Source: a virus
Strand: one strand, 5' to 3'
Length of the DNA stretch: 64,000 bases
IMG/VR virus record: IMGVR_UViG_3300045988_115849
The notes below the pieces were generated by a model that was not told the origin of the DNA, made no database searches, and saw only the letters and a program-made list of their open reading frames with translations. Positions 26,201 through 35,200 of the stretch are shown here, in pieces. The translations under genes were made by a program, and so were the position numbers. Numbering within the stretch: position 1 is the stretch's first letter; each line of letters begins with the position of its first letter.

Positions 26201-26727
26201 TCTTTAAGATGTATGACGAAAACAATAACGTTATCGGCACATGGGACAAGGACGGTATTAATGCCACAAAAGGTACATTTAGTGGAGAACTTAAGGCTGC
26301 GACTGGTACGTTTACAGGAGAACTAAACGGAGTCACTGGAACATTTAGTGGAGAGCTTAAAGCCGCATCTGGAACATTCAGTGGAATATGCTCGAATGTG
26401 GATAATGTATATACATCTAGTTTAAATCACGGTTGGGTCGAAATACTGAGGAATGGAGAAAGGACGGCATTTATGTCTGGTCGTGCAGTATACCAAAACA
26501 AATATGGGATGGCACTGCATGGGAAAAGCATTATCGTTCTTGGTTCTCCGGTTCTTGGAGTAACAGACTACAACGAAGATGGTGGAACAAATGAAGTTAG
26601 TATTGGTCAAACAGTTGAGATACCAATTGTTAAAAGCATATCAGCTACTTCAAACGGAATAATAAAATCAATGGTAAGTGGAAAGCTTATCTTTACAAAA
26701 GGGCTACTGACAAATTATTCAAAGTAA
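23281..26727 (+). CDS. Tail-associated (Tal) / prophage-tail endopeptidase-family baseplate protein
   Basis: 1148 aa. The N-terminus resembles the siphophage Tal family. There is a central CBM-like segment and a C-terminal GTF(S/T)GEL(K/N) x4 repeat. Confidence 0.7.
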   Translation: MINVSSEFRDKLNNGNCNYLSYADITLKDGTTLNLTNDDIWNGGVTIEDAVSSGTFEVGSVVINQCTIVINNIYDKFTKYDFKEAVVRAQLGTDLNETEFDIDADDETESSYTPRIEKIKKGVYTVDDTKYNGSIITLTCIDNMGKFDRAYSESKLEYPATLKTIVMDACDICGVTLNTPDFSHGDYIINTRPTDAAVTFREVIAWCGQISGNYCRCNVNGQLELKWFNQSLLEKTLINLIPDSLFDGGITSWKAVDAKIGTDTIEYKEMLSIIPNAGKTGYAVEAVPNLKLATNYTIGGQFFMQYPEDNDVAILKILNGTKEIASKEIELNDGWTGFKFDFVSTSQNVSINIGFKGDNTLYVYKPYLEEKIPDEIYQFNGVYNSDVATDDVVITGVRVMEKKDTENSSDDSDTSEGSENTASSDDGYINYQTGSDGYLISIENNELIKDGAGQTVSGFLGEQLIGFAFRKATITHISDPTLEAGDVAILTDSKFDRYKILVSSTKFNTNNSQTTSSNAESTEKNSAVRYSAATKNYVEYRKQIVQEKTDRQKALDELKNRLNNSSGIYTTIEKDSAGGQIFYLHNKPQLKDSNMIWKMTAEAWGVSTDGGKTYNAGMTVDGDTIVRYLKATGLTADVITSGRIQVKDSFGNTIFLVDMDTGKVVISGDNISIGGKILTEEIEDIKKAGNLILKMDNEYQGVSVDHEGNYVKFPKVTFTVQTFWGQTDVTKDTIFSFAKSDGVNGTFDSKQNIYTVTSLATDTGWIDVTAKYVTYTAKKRFNIAKVRDGSPGRVYLLETSSSILKKSQNGDVIPDEITFKASYRDGTESAKTEYQGIFVIEESKDGKIWTKTYESSENESTITFPFYNCLEVTTGNYLKTNAGSMIVVSKRNMKDIIYVRCRLYTPDKKIILDEESIPLVMDVEALTHEQIFNLLTNDGAIKGIYKEGDQLYISFTYAKGGELALGGKNNGNGVFKMYDENNNVIGTWDKDGINATKGTFSGELKAATGTFTGELNGVTGTFSGELKAASGTFSGICSNVDNVYTSSLNHGWVEILRNGERTAFMSGRAVYQNKYGMALHGKSIIVLGSPVLGVTDYNEDGGTNEVSIGQTVEIPIVKSISATSNGIIKSMVSGKLIFTKGLLTNYSK

Positions 26728-26740
26728 TGTAGGGGGATAT

Positions 26741-27028
26741 ATGAACATAGATATGACATTTTCCGTACTGTCGGAAAATCTTAGCACAAAAATAAATACA
26801 ATCATCACAGAAGCAATGCAGAATGGTGCCACACTGGACGTTGTGGAAATGTCCTTGATTAAGGTACATAACGATGTGCTGATGCAGAAAAACAGGCTGT
26901 ATGCAGGGATGATAGAGCAACCTACTGAAAAAGAAATTGAGTTTAAAGACCAGAAAGCATTGAAAGAGTTTTTGGAGAAATCTGGTGTAGAAGTAAAAGA
27001 GGTGGATGCAAATGGCAAAGATAAATGA
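26741..27028 (+). CDS. Hypothetical tail-module protein
   Basis: 95-aa ORF between the Tal and fibre genes. Confidence 0.45.
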   Translation: MNIDMTFSVLSENLSTKINTIITEAMQNGATLDVVEMSLIKVHNDVLMQKNRLYAGMIEQPTEKEIEFKDQKALKEFLEKSGVEVKEVDANGKDK

Positions 27029-30000
27029 TTTACCGATATTGCCTAATCCGACAGAAGATATGTATTGTCTGGTTGGGAAAGATGATCTAAAGAAAGTACC
27101 ATGGTCTGCGATTATGGGGCAGATTGGTTCCCCTTATGTTGCAACATCAATATCACAAATGACAGATAAGACAAGGGTGTATGTCTATTATGGAGAAGAA
27201 AGTGGCTATATAAAAGGTAACTGGTACTATTGGAACGCCAATACATCAGCTTGGACTTCTGGGAAAAAGTATAACAGCGAGGGTATAGTTACAGATGAAA
27301 CGCTTGCAGTACCTGGAAAGGCTGCGGATGCCAAAGCTACAGGCGATAAGATTAAAAAAACAAAAGAAGATTTAGAAAATGCATTAAAAGACATTGATGT
27401 TACAACAGACACAACCTTGACCAAAACTGGAAAAGCTGCGGATGCCAAAGCCACAGGAGATGCCATAAAAAAAGTAAAGGAAGATGTGGCGAACATTGAT
27501 GTTGCTACAGATACAACACTTGCAGTATCTGGAAAGGCTGCGGATGCCAAAGCTACAGGCGATAAGATTAAAAAAATATCAGACGATTTAAAAAATACCA
27601 TGCCATATTATCCAATCGCAACAGAAGAACAGGCAAGGGCAGGAGTAGACGATACCGTTATGATGACTCCATTAAAAGTTGCTATGGCTTGCGAAGAATT
27701 TGGTGGCTCTGGTGGTGGCGGTGGAAACGTTAATGTCGCAACATTAAAAAGTAGCTTTACTGGTGGAAATTATGCGTATGGTTCGCCAATAGATATCCGC
27801 TATCGTTTTGCATCCCCAGTATCCGGAGATGGAACATTACATGTTATGGTGGATTCTGTCGAGACAGTTACAGAAACAGTACCGCAGGGAACAAACAGAG
27901 TCACACTAAACGATTTAAATAAAGGTAACCACACGATCACAATGTATGTTGTAGATGCGTCAGAAACATTTACAGATACACTTAGCTTTAGTGTCAGAGT
28001 TGGAACACTGGATATTACATCTACATTTGATGATAGTACAGACTTTAACATCGTAAATGTTATAAAAGTACCAATCACGATCGACACGATTTCTATTGAC
28101 CCGATATATCTGGTACAGACGATTGATGGAGTAGAAACAAGACTTTCTGCACAAAACGGATACAACGTTATAACTCTGCCTACAATGAGTGCAGGGGCAC
28201 ATAAAGTATTGTTCCATGCGGAATCTGGTTCCTATAAATCACAGACATTAACATATAACATCATTATTGAAGATGCCGATAATCTGACGTTAATAACTGA
28301 TTTTGACACAAAAACAATACAGTATAAAGATATGTTAGAAATCCCATATCGAGTATCCATGAAAGGGCAGACAAAATTTACAGCTCAGTATTTTGTTGAC
28401 GATACAGTTGTAAAAGAGGTTGAAATTCCATCTGGTACTAATGTTTGGGCCACAAGCACATTAGATATTGGTGCACATACTTTGAAAATCTTAGTCACAA
28501 CAAAAGATGGAAGTAAATCTGCATACATTGAAGAAAACGTGATTGTGCAGGCAAGAGATTATACGCCAATGGAACCAGTAAAAGATGCTTCTTTGCTTTG
28601 TTGGTTTGATGCAACAGGAAGAACAAATCAAGATGTGGGTAAAGAAACATGGACCGATAAATCTGGAAAAGGCGTTGTCGCAACACTGCACAACTTCAAC
28701 TACAACACAAACGGTTGGGAAAACAATGCTCTGAAATGTAACGGACAGGCTTATGTAGAGATTGACTTAGAAGCGTTAGCTGATAATGCCCCATACGGAA
28801 TGACAGTAGATATCCGATATAACACAAGAGATGTAGGTAACCAAGACGCGTGTGTATTAGAGATGAGAGGTAATGATACTTATAGTAAAGGTTTTGCAAT
28901 AGATACTGAGTATATGTATATGAACTCTGCATCATCTCAGTTAAAGAGTACGGTAGAACAAGATAGTATCTCAAAAGCAACTTTTGTTATTGATCGTGAC
29001 AATAAGATTGCAAAAATCTATAACAACGGTGTTCTGACAGAAACATTCTTGATGCAGGACAGCGAAAATTTCACAAACAACACAAAGATATTCTTAGGAG
29101 CAAAACTTGAAACAGTCGATTCAAAATGGGTTCCTAATGTGTTCGGAAACTGTGAGATTTATAGTTTTCGTGTGTATGCAAGAGCATTGGACAGTGAAGA
29201 AATTGTTAAAAACTTTGTAGCTGATATTCCAGATATGGACGAACAGCAAGCGAAATATCTTCTTAACTACGAAAACGCTATGCCTACGATGTATTTCTAC
29301 GGAGATACATCAGCAATGACAAAAGAAAATAAAGTACCGCTTAGGATTAAATATATATCTGGTAATGCAGATGAATATGGAGCTTCTTTTGATTTAGAGA
29401 ATTGTCAAGTTGGATGGCAGGGAACATCTTCCTTGCAGTACGCTGTAAAGAATTACAAAATCAAGTTAAAGAATCCAGATGGAAGTAAATATAAGTATAG
29501 TCCGTTCAAGAATGGGATCTTGGAAGATACATTCTGTCTGAAAGCGGATTATATGGAAAGCTCGCACGCAAACAATACAGGTATGGCTAAATTTATCAAT
29601 GACGAGTTATACGATACAAAAGTACCACCTCAGCAAACAAATAGTAAGGTCCGTACAGCGATCAACGGATTTCCAATCCAGTTATATATTGCAAAGGATT
29701 CTGCATCAACACCCGTGTATATGGGCGTATTTAATTTCAATCTTGATAAAGGATGTAACAAGTCATTTGGATTGGATAACGAGGTTACTGGACAGGAAAA
29801 CTGTATGTCTTTTGAGGTATCATCAAACTCTGACACATCAGCAGGTGCCTTTAAAAATGATACAGATGAATCTTTACGTACAGACTTTGAATTGAGATAT
29901 CCAGACGAAGATGATTGCACATCTGAACAGATTACTGAGAAGTACAACGTATTGAAAAGACTTGTTACTTGGGTAAAAAATGCAGATGAAACAACATTCA

Positions 30001-33000
30001 AAAACGAGTTAGAACAGTATTTCAACAAAGAATATCTACTCAAATATTTCTTGCAGGTACATCTATTCGGAATGGTTGACAACTTAGGTAAGAACATGAT
30101 GTTAACCACATGGGACGGAAACATCTGGTATCCGCAGTTCTATGACCTCGATACACAGCTAGGTCTGGATAATACAGGATATTTGAAATTTTACAGTGAC
30201 ATTGATATCACAGAGGGTGTTTACAACACGTCTGGTTCTAAATTATGGACGATGGTTGAAAATGTGTTTGTGGACGAATTATCTGCAATGTATAAGAAGC
30301 TTAGAACTTCTAAATATAGATTAGATAATATCTTGAAATACTGGTATGACGGACAGGTAGCTCAAATCGGGGAACTTCAATATAACAAAGATATGGAAGC
30401 AAAATATATCAAGTTTAAGAACGATTACCTATTCATGCTACACGGCAGAAGAAGCGAGCATATGAAGAAATGGGTAAAAGAAAGACTGTTATATCTTGAT
30501 ACTATATACGGTTATGAAGAAGACACGAAAGAATCCATCACAATTCGTGCAAATACTACTGCAAACATCAATCTTGATATTCTTACATATTCCCCACAGT
30601 ATCTGACAGTAAGGTGGAGAAATGGAGTAGAACAGAGGTTAAAAATCGGTCGTGATACTAACGGTATGATGAAAGCTACAAGATTTAACGGAACTCTTGC
30701 AACGGCAACGGACCAAGAAATCATCGTTTACAACGCAAAGCAGATTAAAAAGATTGACGGACTGACAAAAGCAAATCCATCAACATTAAACCTTGTAGAA
30801 GCAAGCCGATTGGTAGAGGTAGATTGTCAAAATGCGAAAGTGCTGAATGATATTCGTCTGAACGAAAACAATAAGTTTATTTCAAAGATAAAACTGAACG
30901 GCTGTACAAAATTAGGAGATACATCCACAGGAAAATCGTCTGTATTGGACTTATCAATGTTCGCAATGTTAAGCGAAGTTAATCTAAACGATACGTTACT
31001 TACGAATATCTTGTTCCCTACAAATGGATGTAACTTAAAGACACTACAGATAAGATCAAGTAAATTACAATCATTGTCTTTGAAAAATATGCCATTGTTA
31101 GGGCAGTTATCTGTTAATAAAGATGCGATACTATCCGAGTTTACAGTTGAGAACTGCCCAGAAGCATATATGCGGTACGATGTGCAAAATGGAAGAAAAA
31201 CGGTTCTTATAAGGTCAGAAACAATATCAATCAGTGGTTCTCCTAAATTGTTTGTGGATGATGATGTTGTATCAATAAATGTTCCTTCTACTGCTGGCGG
31301 TAATAATAATAATAATACACCATTGTTAAGAAATCTTAAGTTATGTGATATTGATAATATTCCTATATTGTTAATAAATGGTACAGGGGCACAAGGTAGT
31401 TATAAAGAAACGCACATTGAAACTTTCAAAATAGATTGTGGTATTGGATTCTTGAGATTGTTAGGTATGGGATTCAAAACAATGCAAGAGCAGATGGATA
31501 TTAACATGGAACGAGTTAAAGGTCTCATATTAAAAAGATTTACAAATATCAGAAGTGTTCATTTAACATCAAAAATGAATGGCGTTTATATTGCTAGTCA
31601 AAATATTTGTGGAGAATCTTTTTTAAATGGATATTTTTATAATAATGTATTTGGTGCTGGAACTTCCAGAGATGATGGAAATTATACTAATATGACGAAA
31701 CTTGAGTCTATTTACATGGATGATGTGGAAGTGACCGATACTATAGATTTTTCAAATAATCCCAAAATGGGTATGTTAGCATTAGACGAAACTGTGATAC
31801 CAGAATCAATCGGAAAAGTAATTGCGAACTGTGATTTTACAGCATATAAAACTCCAGAATGGATGTATAACGGATATAATGCCCGTTTCTACTTACCACC
31901 AATATTTGAGGTTGAGGGATGTATCAAGACTACGAGTGCTGATAAATTATGGGCAAAAACAGTCTCAGATACGGCATATCCGCCACTTCGTAATTTTGAG
32001 AAATTGACGTTAGAGTTAGATGAGGATTTCAATAACTTAGAAAAGTTTTTCTATAAGTTCAAAGCCTTAGAGAAATTACCAGATTGCATCACGCCAGAGG
32101 TGATTGGTAAATGTACTCAAATAAATAACGCATTTGACGGATGTATATGTCTGTCTAATATCAATCGTTTAGAAGGTGCTGATATCGAAATTACCTCGGA
32201 TGCAAATAAGTCAGTCGCAATGCGTGCGTTTTGCGATGTTAAAGGACCTTTCGCTCTTGGAAATATTTCCATTACCGGTAATACGATGAACGATGTGCAA
32301 AGTATGTTTCAAAATAGTGGCGTGACAAGCATTAGAAACATGGTTGTTAAATCGAAAACGAAAGATTATGCAGGTTACACATACGTATTTAATGGAGCGA
32401 CAAAATTGCAACATATAGGTAACTTGCAAATTGATACAAGCGAGAACGCCAGAGCAAGTGTCGGCTGTATGTTTATGAATTGCGGGTTAACAGATTATTC
32501 GAATGTTCATCTACCATTGAATGTTGATATGGATCAGACTTTTGAAGGCAGTTCATTAGCGTCTATAGAATCCATTCCAGATTATAAAGAAGTAATAAGA
32601 ACTGCAACATTGTTACAATCTACGTTTAGAAACACGCAAATAGAAAATGTACCGGACCTTGTGATAGATAACGCTACAACCATTAGATCTATGTTCAATG
32701 GTTGTAAAAAATTAAGAGAAGTTGCTAGTATTACAGGAAATGCTAACATAACGAACATTACAGAGATATTTAGGGACTGTTATAAATTGGAACACATATC
32801 AAAAGTATCGTTCCCTAATATGCAAAAGTCAACAGATATGGCCAGTCATTGTAATATACTTTATACGTCTGGAAAATCAAATTCAACTGGCCAGATTATC
32901 ATTGATTATTTGAATTTGGGGAAAGCGTTAGCTATCAGTAAAAACGAAATTACTAATAATGCATACGATGGTATGTTCCAATTCTTCCAATGTCCAACAC

Positions 33001-33230
33001 CTGTTAAAATCAATTTCCAATGCGATATTGGAACGATTATTGAAAAAACAGTTTGGTTAGGCAACATCAATGGTCTACCAGACGTAGAAACACTAAATAG
33101 CTTTGCAGACCACGCACTTACACTAGACAGTGCTTATACGTTAAAGGTTTCTAAAAATATCTATAGCTTATTTACATCGGAAATATTAGCTAAGTTATCA
33201 GCTAAAAACTGGACGATTGCATCAATGTAG
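27012..33230 (+). CDS. Giant tail fibre / receptor-binding protein (fibre repeats + LamG-like + CotH-like + BspA-type LRR)
   Basis: N-terminal fibre anchor (DLPILPNPTEDMYCLVGK) and three copies of GKAADAKATGD. A LamG-like segment follows. CotH-like motifs are present (KNYKIKL, CLKADYMESSHANN, INGFPIQLY, WYPQFYDLDTQLG). The long C-terminal region is LRR-like. I prefer ATG 27012, 6 nt after AGAGGTGG. Confidence 0.7.
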   Translation: MAKINDLPILPNPTEDMYCLVGKDDLKKVPWSAIMGQIGSPYVATSISQMTDKTRVYVYYGEESGYIKGNWYYWNANTSAWTSGKKYNSEGIVTDETLAVPGKAADAKATGDKIKKTKEDLENALKDIDVTTDTTLTKTGKAADAKATGDAIKKVKEDVANIDVATDTTLAVSGKAADAKATGDKIKKISDDLKNTMPYYPIATEEQARAGVDDTVMMTPLKVAMACEEFGGSGGGGGNVNVATLKSSFTGGNYAYGSPIDIRYRFASPVSGDGTLHVMVDSVETVTETVPQGTNRVTLNDLNKGNHTITMYVVDASETFTDTLSFSVRVGTLDITSTFDDSTDFNIVNVIKVPITIDTISIDPIYLVQTIDGVETRLSAQNGYNVITLPTMSAGAHKVLFHAESGSYKSQTLTYNIIIEDADNLTLITDFDTKTIQYKDMLEIPYRVSMKGQTKFTAQYFVDDTVVKEVEIPSGTNVWATSTLDIGAHTLKILVTTKDGSKSAYIEENVIVQARDYTPMEPVKDASLLCWFDATGRTNQDVGKETWTDKSGKGVVATLHNFNYNTNGWENNALKCNGQAYVEIDLEALADNAPYGMTVDIRYNTRDVGNQDACVLEMRGNDTYSKGFAIDTEYMYMNSASSQLKSTVEQDSISKATFVIDRDNKIAKIYNNGVLTETFLMQDSENFTNNTKIFLGAKLETVDSKWVPNVFGNCEIYSFRVYARALDSEEIVKNFVADIPDMDEQQAKYLLNYENAMPTMYFYGDTSAMTKENKVPLRIKYISGNADEYGASFDLENCQVGWQGTSSLQYAVKNYKIKLKNPDGSKYKYSPFKNGILEDTFCLKADYMESSHANNTGMAKFINDELYDTKVPPQQTNSKVRTAINGFPIQLYIAKDSASTPVYMGVFNFNLDKGCNKSFGLDNEVTGQENCMSFEVSSNSDTSAGAFKNDTDESLRTDFELRYPDEDDCTSEQITEKYNVLKRLVTWVKNADETTFKNELEQYFNKEYLLKYFLQVHLFGMVDNLGKNMMLTTWDGNIWYPQFYDLDTQLGLDNTGYLKFYSDIDITEGVYNTSGSKLWTMVENVFVDELSAMYKKLRTSKYRLDNILKYWYDGQVAQIGELQYNKDMEAKYIKFKNDYLFMLHGRRSEHMKKWVKERLLYLDTIYGYEEDTKESITIRANTTANINLDILTYSPQYLTVRWRNGVEQRLKIGRDTNGMMKATRFNGTLATATDQEIIVYNAKQIKKIDGLTKANPSTLNLVEASRLVEVDCQNAKVLNDIRLNENNKFISKIKLNGCTKLGDTSTGKSSVLDLSMFAMLSEVNLNDTLLTNILFPTNGCNLKTLQIRSSKLQSLSLKNMPLLGQLSVNKDAILSEFTVENCPEAYMRYDVQNGRKTVLIRSETISISGSPKLFVDDDVVSINVPSTAGGNNNNNTPLLRNLKLCDIDNIPILLINGTGAQGSYKETHIETFKIDCGIGFLRLLGMGFKTMQEQMDINMERVKGLILKRFTNIRSVHLTSKMNGVYIASQNICGESFLNGYFYNNVFGAGTSRDDGNYTNMTKLESIYMDDVEVTDTIDFSNNPKMGMLALDETVIPESIGKVIANCDFTAYKTPEWMYNGYNARFYLPPIFEVEGCIKTTSADKLWAKTVSDTAYPPLRNFEKLTLELDEDFNNLEKFFYKFKALEKLPDCITPEVIGKCTQINNAFDGCICLSNINRLEGADIEITSDANKSVAMRAFCDVKGPFALGNISITGNTMNDVQSMFQNSGVTSIRNMVVKSKTKDYAGYTYVFNGATKLQHIGNLQIDTSENARASVGCMFMNCGLTDYSNVHLPLNVDMDQTFEGSSLASIESIPDYKEVIRTATLLQSTFRNTQIENVPDLVIDNATTIRSMFNGCKKLREVASITGNANITNITEIFRDCYKLEHISKVSFPNMQKSTDMASHCNILYTSGKSNSTGQIIIDYLNLGKALAISKNEITNNAYDGMFQFFQCPTPVKINFQCDIGTIIEKTVWLGNINGLPDVETLNSFADHALTLDSAYTLKVSKNIYSLFTSEILAKLSAKNWTIASM
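27303..27576 (+). repeat. Near-identical 58-nt direct repeats (27303-27360 and 27519-27576) plus a diverged copy (27426-27473)
   Basis: Copies 1 and 3 differ at one base. They encode the L(A)V(P/S)GKAADAKATGDKIKK units of the fibre. Confidence 0.85.
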
Positions 33231-33242
33231 GAGGTGGTAGAA

Positions 33243-33596
33243 GTGAGAACCGAAGTGAAAAACAATATCACGTATCTCTATCCAGACAGCGGAAAACGGT
33301 TGAAATTGTTAAATGGTACAGATACCTATAGTGTTTTGATTCTTGCAAAGGACGATACGCAAGACAATTACGAAGAGGTGGATTCTTTGTGGGAACCAGA
33401 TTTACCAGAAACTGAAACAGTACCAGAAGTACCAGAAATAACACCGGATGAAAACGGTAAGATAACCTACGAAGATGCACAAAAACTGGTAGATACAATA
33501 AAAGAAATGCAGTCACGAATGGTGGACATGCAGGAATCAAATACCATGCTGACAGAATGTATATTAGAAATGTCGGAAGTGGTGTATGATGCATAG
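33243..33596 (+). CDS. Acidic hypothetical protein (fibre-associated?)
   Basis: ORF after the fibre gene. I prefer GTG 33243, 5 nt after GGAGGTGG. Contains a PE-rich linker. Confidence 0.45.
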   Translation: MRTEVKNNITYLYPDSGKRLKLLNGTDTYSVLILAKDDTQDNYEEVDSLWEPDLPETETVPEVPEITPDENGKITYEDAQKLVDTIKEMQSRMVDMQESNTMLTECILEMSEVVYDA

Positions 33597-33636
33597 ATTA
33601 ATACTTAAATTATTATACGGAAAGGAGGGCGAAACG

Positions 33637-33768
33637 ATGATGGCTATGTTATGGGCACAGCAGATTATGATTGGCAAAAAGACATATGCACAGGTACCAA
33701 AACTGTTAAAAGAGAAAGTAAAAGAAATATTAGTTGACAGTGGGTGCGAAGAACTAGCAACGGAATAA
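33637..33768 (+). CDS. XkdX-like small protein
   Basis: 43 aa. LWAQQIMIGKKTYAQVPKLLKEKVKEIL resembles small proteins found between fibre and holin genes. RBS AAAGGAGGG upstream. Confidence 0.45.
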   Translation: MMAMLWAQQIMIGKKTYAQVPKLLKEKVKEILVDSGCEELATE

Positions 33769-33773
33769 AAAAA

Positions 33774-33794
33774 CCCCCTACAGTTTGTAGGGGG
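33774..33794. terminator. GC-rich hairpin CCCCCTAC/GTAGGGGG
   Basis: 8-bp stem. The A-run is upstream and there is no T-run downstream on the + strand, so orientation and function are ambiguous. Confidence 0.4.
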
Positions 33795-33877
33795 AAAGTA
33801 TAAAATTTGAAGATTAAGTATGAAAAAATCTTCAAATACATATTAACATAAATTTCCACAAAAAGAAAGGAGAAACT

Positions 33878-34144
33878 ATGAATCTCAAATTACGTTTCAA
33901 AAATAAAGCAACATTAGTAGCATTGGCTTCTGCCTTAATCGCATTTATCTATCAGATTCTAGGCATCTTAGGTATCACAGCACCAATCGCACAGGATGCA
34001 GTATCACAGCTTGTAGGTATCATCCTTAATATCTTAGTGACTGTCGGGGTATTGGTGGACCCAACGACAAAGGGAATCGGGGATAGCGAGCTTGCAAAGA
34101 ACAAGACGGATATTGCTGAGGTAATCGAATATAAGGAGGACTAA
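33878..34144 (+). CDS. Holin (phi-LC3 / Phage_holin_1-like)
   Basis: 88 aa with TM segments and the characteristic LVDPTTKGIGDSELA motif. Lies directly upstream of the endolysin. Confidence 0.8.
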   Translation: MNLKLRFKNKATLVALASALIAFIYQILGILGITAPIAQDAVSQLVGIILNILVTVGVLVDPTTKGIGDSELAKNKTDIAEVIEYKED

Positions 34145-34145
34145 T

Positions 34146-34901
34146 ATGGCAAATACGGTAGACAAGCTTCTTACAGTAGCTAAAAGAGAAGTCGGATACT
34201 TAGAGAAGAAAAGCAACAAGAATCTAAACAGCAAGACAAAAAACGCAGGTAGCAACAACTACACTAAGTATGGAGCATACTTTGGCATTAACGGTACCGA
34301 TGCCTACTGGTGTGACATGTTCGTGGATTGGTGTATGGTGCAGGCATACGGCAGGGATGTAGCAAAAAAACTCTTACATGGCTTTAGTGCATACACTCCA
34401 ACATCAGCACAAAAATTTAAAGACAATGACCAGTGGCATAAAACACCGCGGATTGGAGACCAGATTTTCTTCAAGAACTCTCAGAGAATCTGCCACACTG
34501 GGATTGTGTATGCAGTAACTGATGAGATGGTGTTCACGATCGAGGGTAACACAAGTAACGGAGAAGCAGTTATTCCAAACGGTGGTGCTGTATGCAAGAA
34601 ATCCTACGCAAAGAGTAACAGCCGTATCGCAGGATATGGACGACCTAAATATGATAACGTAAAAGTATCATACAGCATTGTAAAAAAGAACTCTTCTAAA
34701 TCTGCGATCAAGTGGTTACAGAAAAAGCTGAACGCAAATTGTACATACGCAAACGAACATCCATTAGCTATTGATGGAATCTGGGGAGCAAAGACAACGC
34801 AAGCCTTGAAGAAATACTGGAAACAGTTAGGATGGAACACGTCTGGAACATATGCAGGAAAGAAAACTTGCACAGCTTTGAAAAAAAATCGAAAAAAGTA
34901 G
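34146..34901 (+). CDS. Endolysin: CHAP domain + PG_binding_1-like domain
   Basis: CHAP-like Cys and His motifs (YWCDMFV, ICHTGIVYAV, IEGNTS). The C-terminal AIKWLQKKLN...IDGIWGAKTTQALKKYW resembles a peptidoglycan-binding repeat. Confidence 0.85.
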   Translation: MANTVDKLLTVAKREVGYLEKKSNKNLNSKTKNAGSNNYTKYGAYFGINGTDAYWCDMFVDWCMVQAYGRDVAKKLLHGFSAYTPTSAQKFKDNDQWHKTPRIGDQIFFKNSQRICHTGIVYAVTDEMVFTIEGNTSNGEAVIPNGGAVCKKSYAKSNSRIAGYGRPKYDNVKVSYSIVKKNSSKSAIKWLQKKLNANCTYANEHPLAIDGIWGAKTTQALKKYWKQLGWNTSGTYAGKKTCTALKKNRKK

Positions 34902-34951
34902 TTGCAATGTCGAAAATGATATGATATTATAAACAACGTTGAAGCGAGAAT

Positions 34952-34968
34952 GTTCCATTTTCGTTCCA
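34952..34968 (+). repeat. Two TGTTCCA/CGTTCCA arm-type repeats (left arm of attP)
   Basis: GTTCCA at 34952 and 34963, the same word as the arrays to the right of the core. Confidence 0.55.
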
Positions 34969-35015
34969 ACCAAAATTGAGAACAATAGAGTTTATGCGGT
35001 TTAACATAGATTTGA

Positions 35016-35065
35016 TTCCTTGACTTTTAATCAAGTTGTCCGGGGTTCGAATCCCCGCACGCTCA
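35016..35065 (+). other. attP core: 3' portion of a tRNA-Lys(UUU) gene
   Basis: Anticodon arm CTTGA-CTTTTAA-TCAAG, variable TTGTC, T arm CGGGG-TTCGAAT-CCCCG, 3' acceptor CACGCTC plus A. No matching 5' acceptor or D arm lies upstream. Confidence 0.75.
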
Positions 35066-35067
35066 CT

Positions 35068-35114
35068 AAAAAAGCACGGATGCCAGAAATGGCTTAAATC
35101 CGTGCTTTTCTTTT
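35068..35114. terminator. Bidirectional intrinsic terminator
   Basis: AAAAAA, stem GCACGGAT/ATCCGTGC, then TTTTCTTTT. Positioned to serve both the lysis operon (+) and the integrase (-). Confidence 0.75.
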
Positions 35115-35164
35115 ATTTATGCGGTTTGCAGCGATTCCATCTATAAAAAATATGGAACGCAAAA

Positions 35165-35197
35165 GTAACTGATTGTAACCGATTGTAACTGGTTGTA
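35165..35197 (+). repeat. Three tandem 10-bp repeats: GTAACTGATT, GTAACCGATT, GTAACTGGTT
   Basis: Read directly from the sequence. The period matches the DNA helical repeat. Lies in the right arm of attP. Confidence 0.8.
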
Positions 35198-35200
35198 TTT

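Noticed and set aside
27012-33230. Diversity-generating retroelement targeting the fibre
   Set aside because: There is no reverse transcriptase gene in the window, and no template-repeat/variable-repeat pair with adenine-specific differences. The internal repeats are simple in-frame duplications.
33774-33836. The two hairpins before the holin gene (CCCCCTAC/GTAGGGGG and TTTGAAGATT/AATCTTCAAA) as definite terminators
   Set aside because: Neither is followed by a U-tract on the + strand. I kept the first as an ambiguous hairpin feature only.
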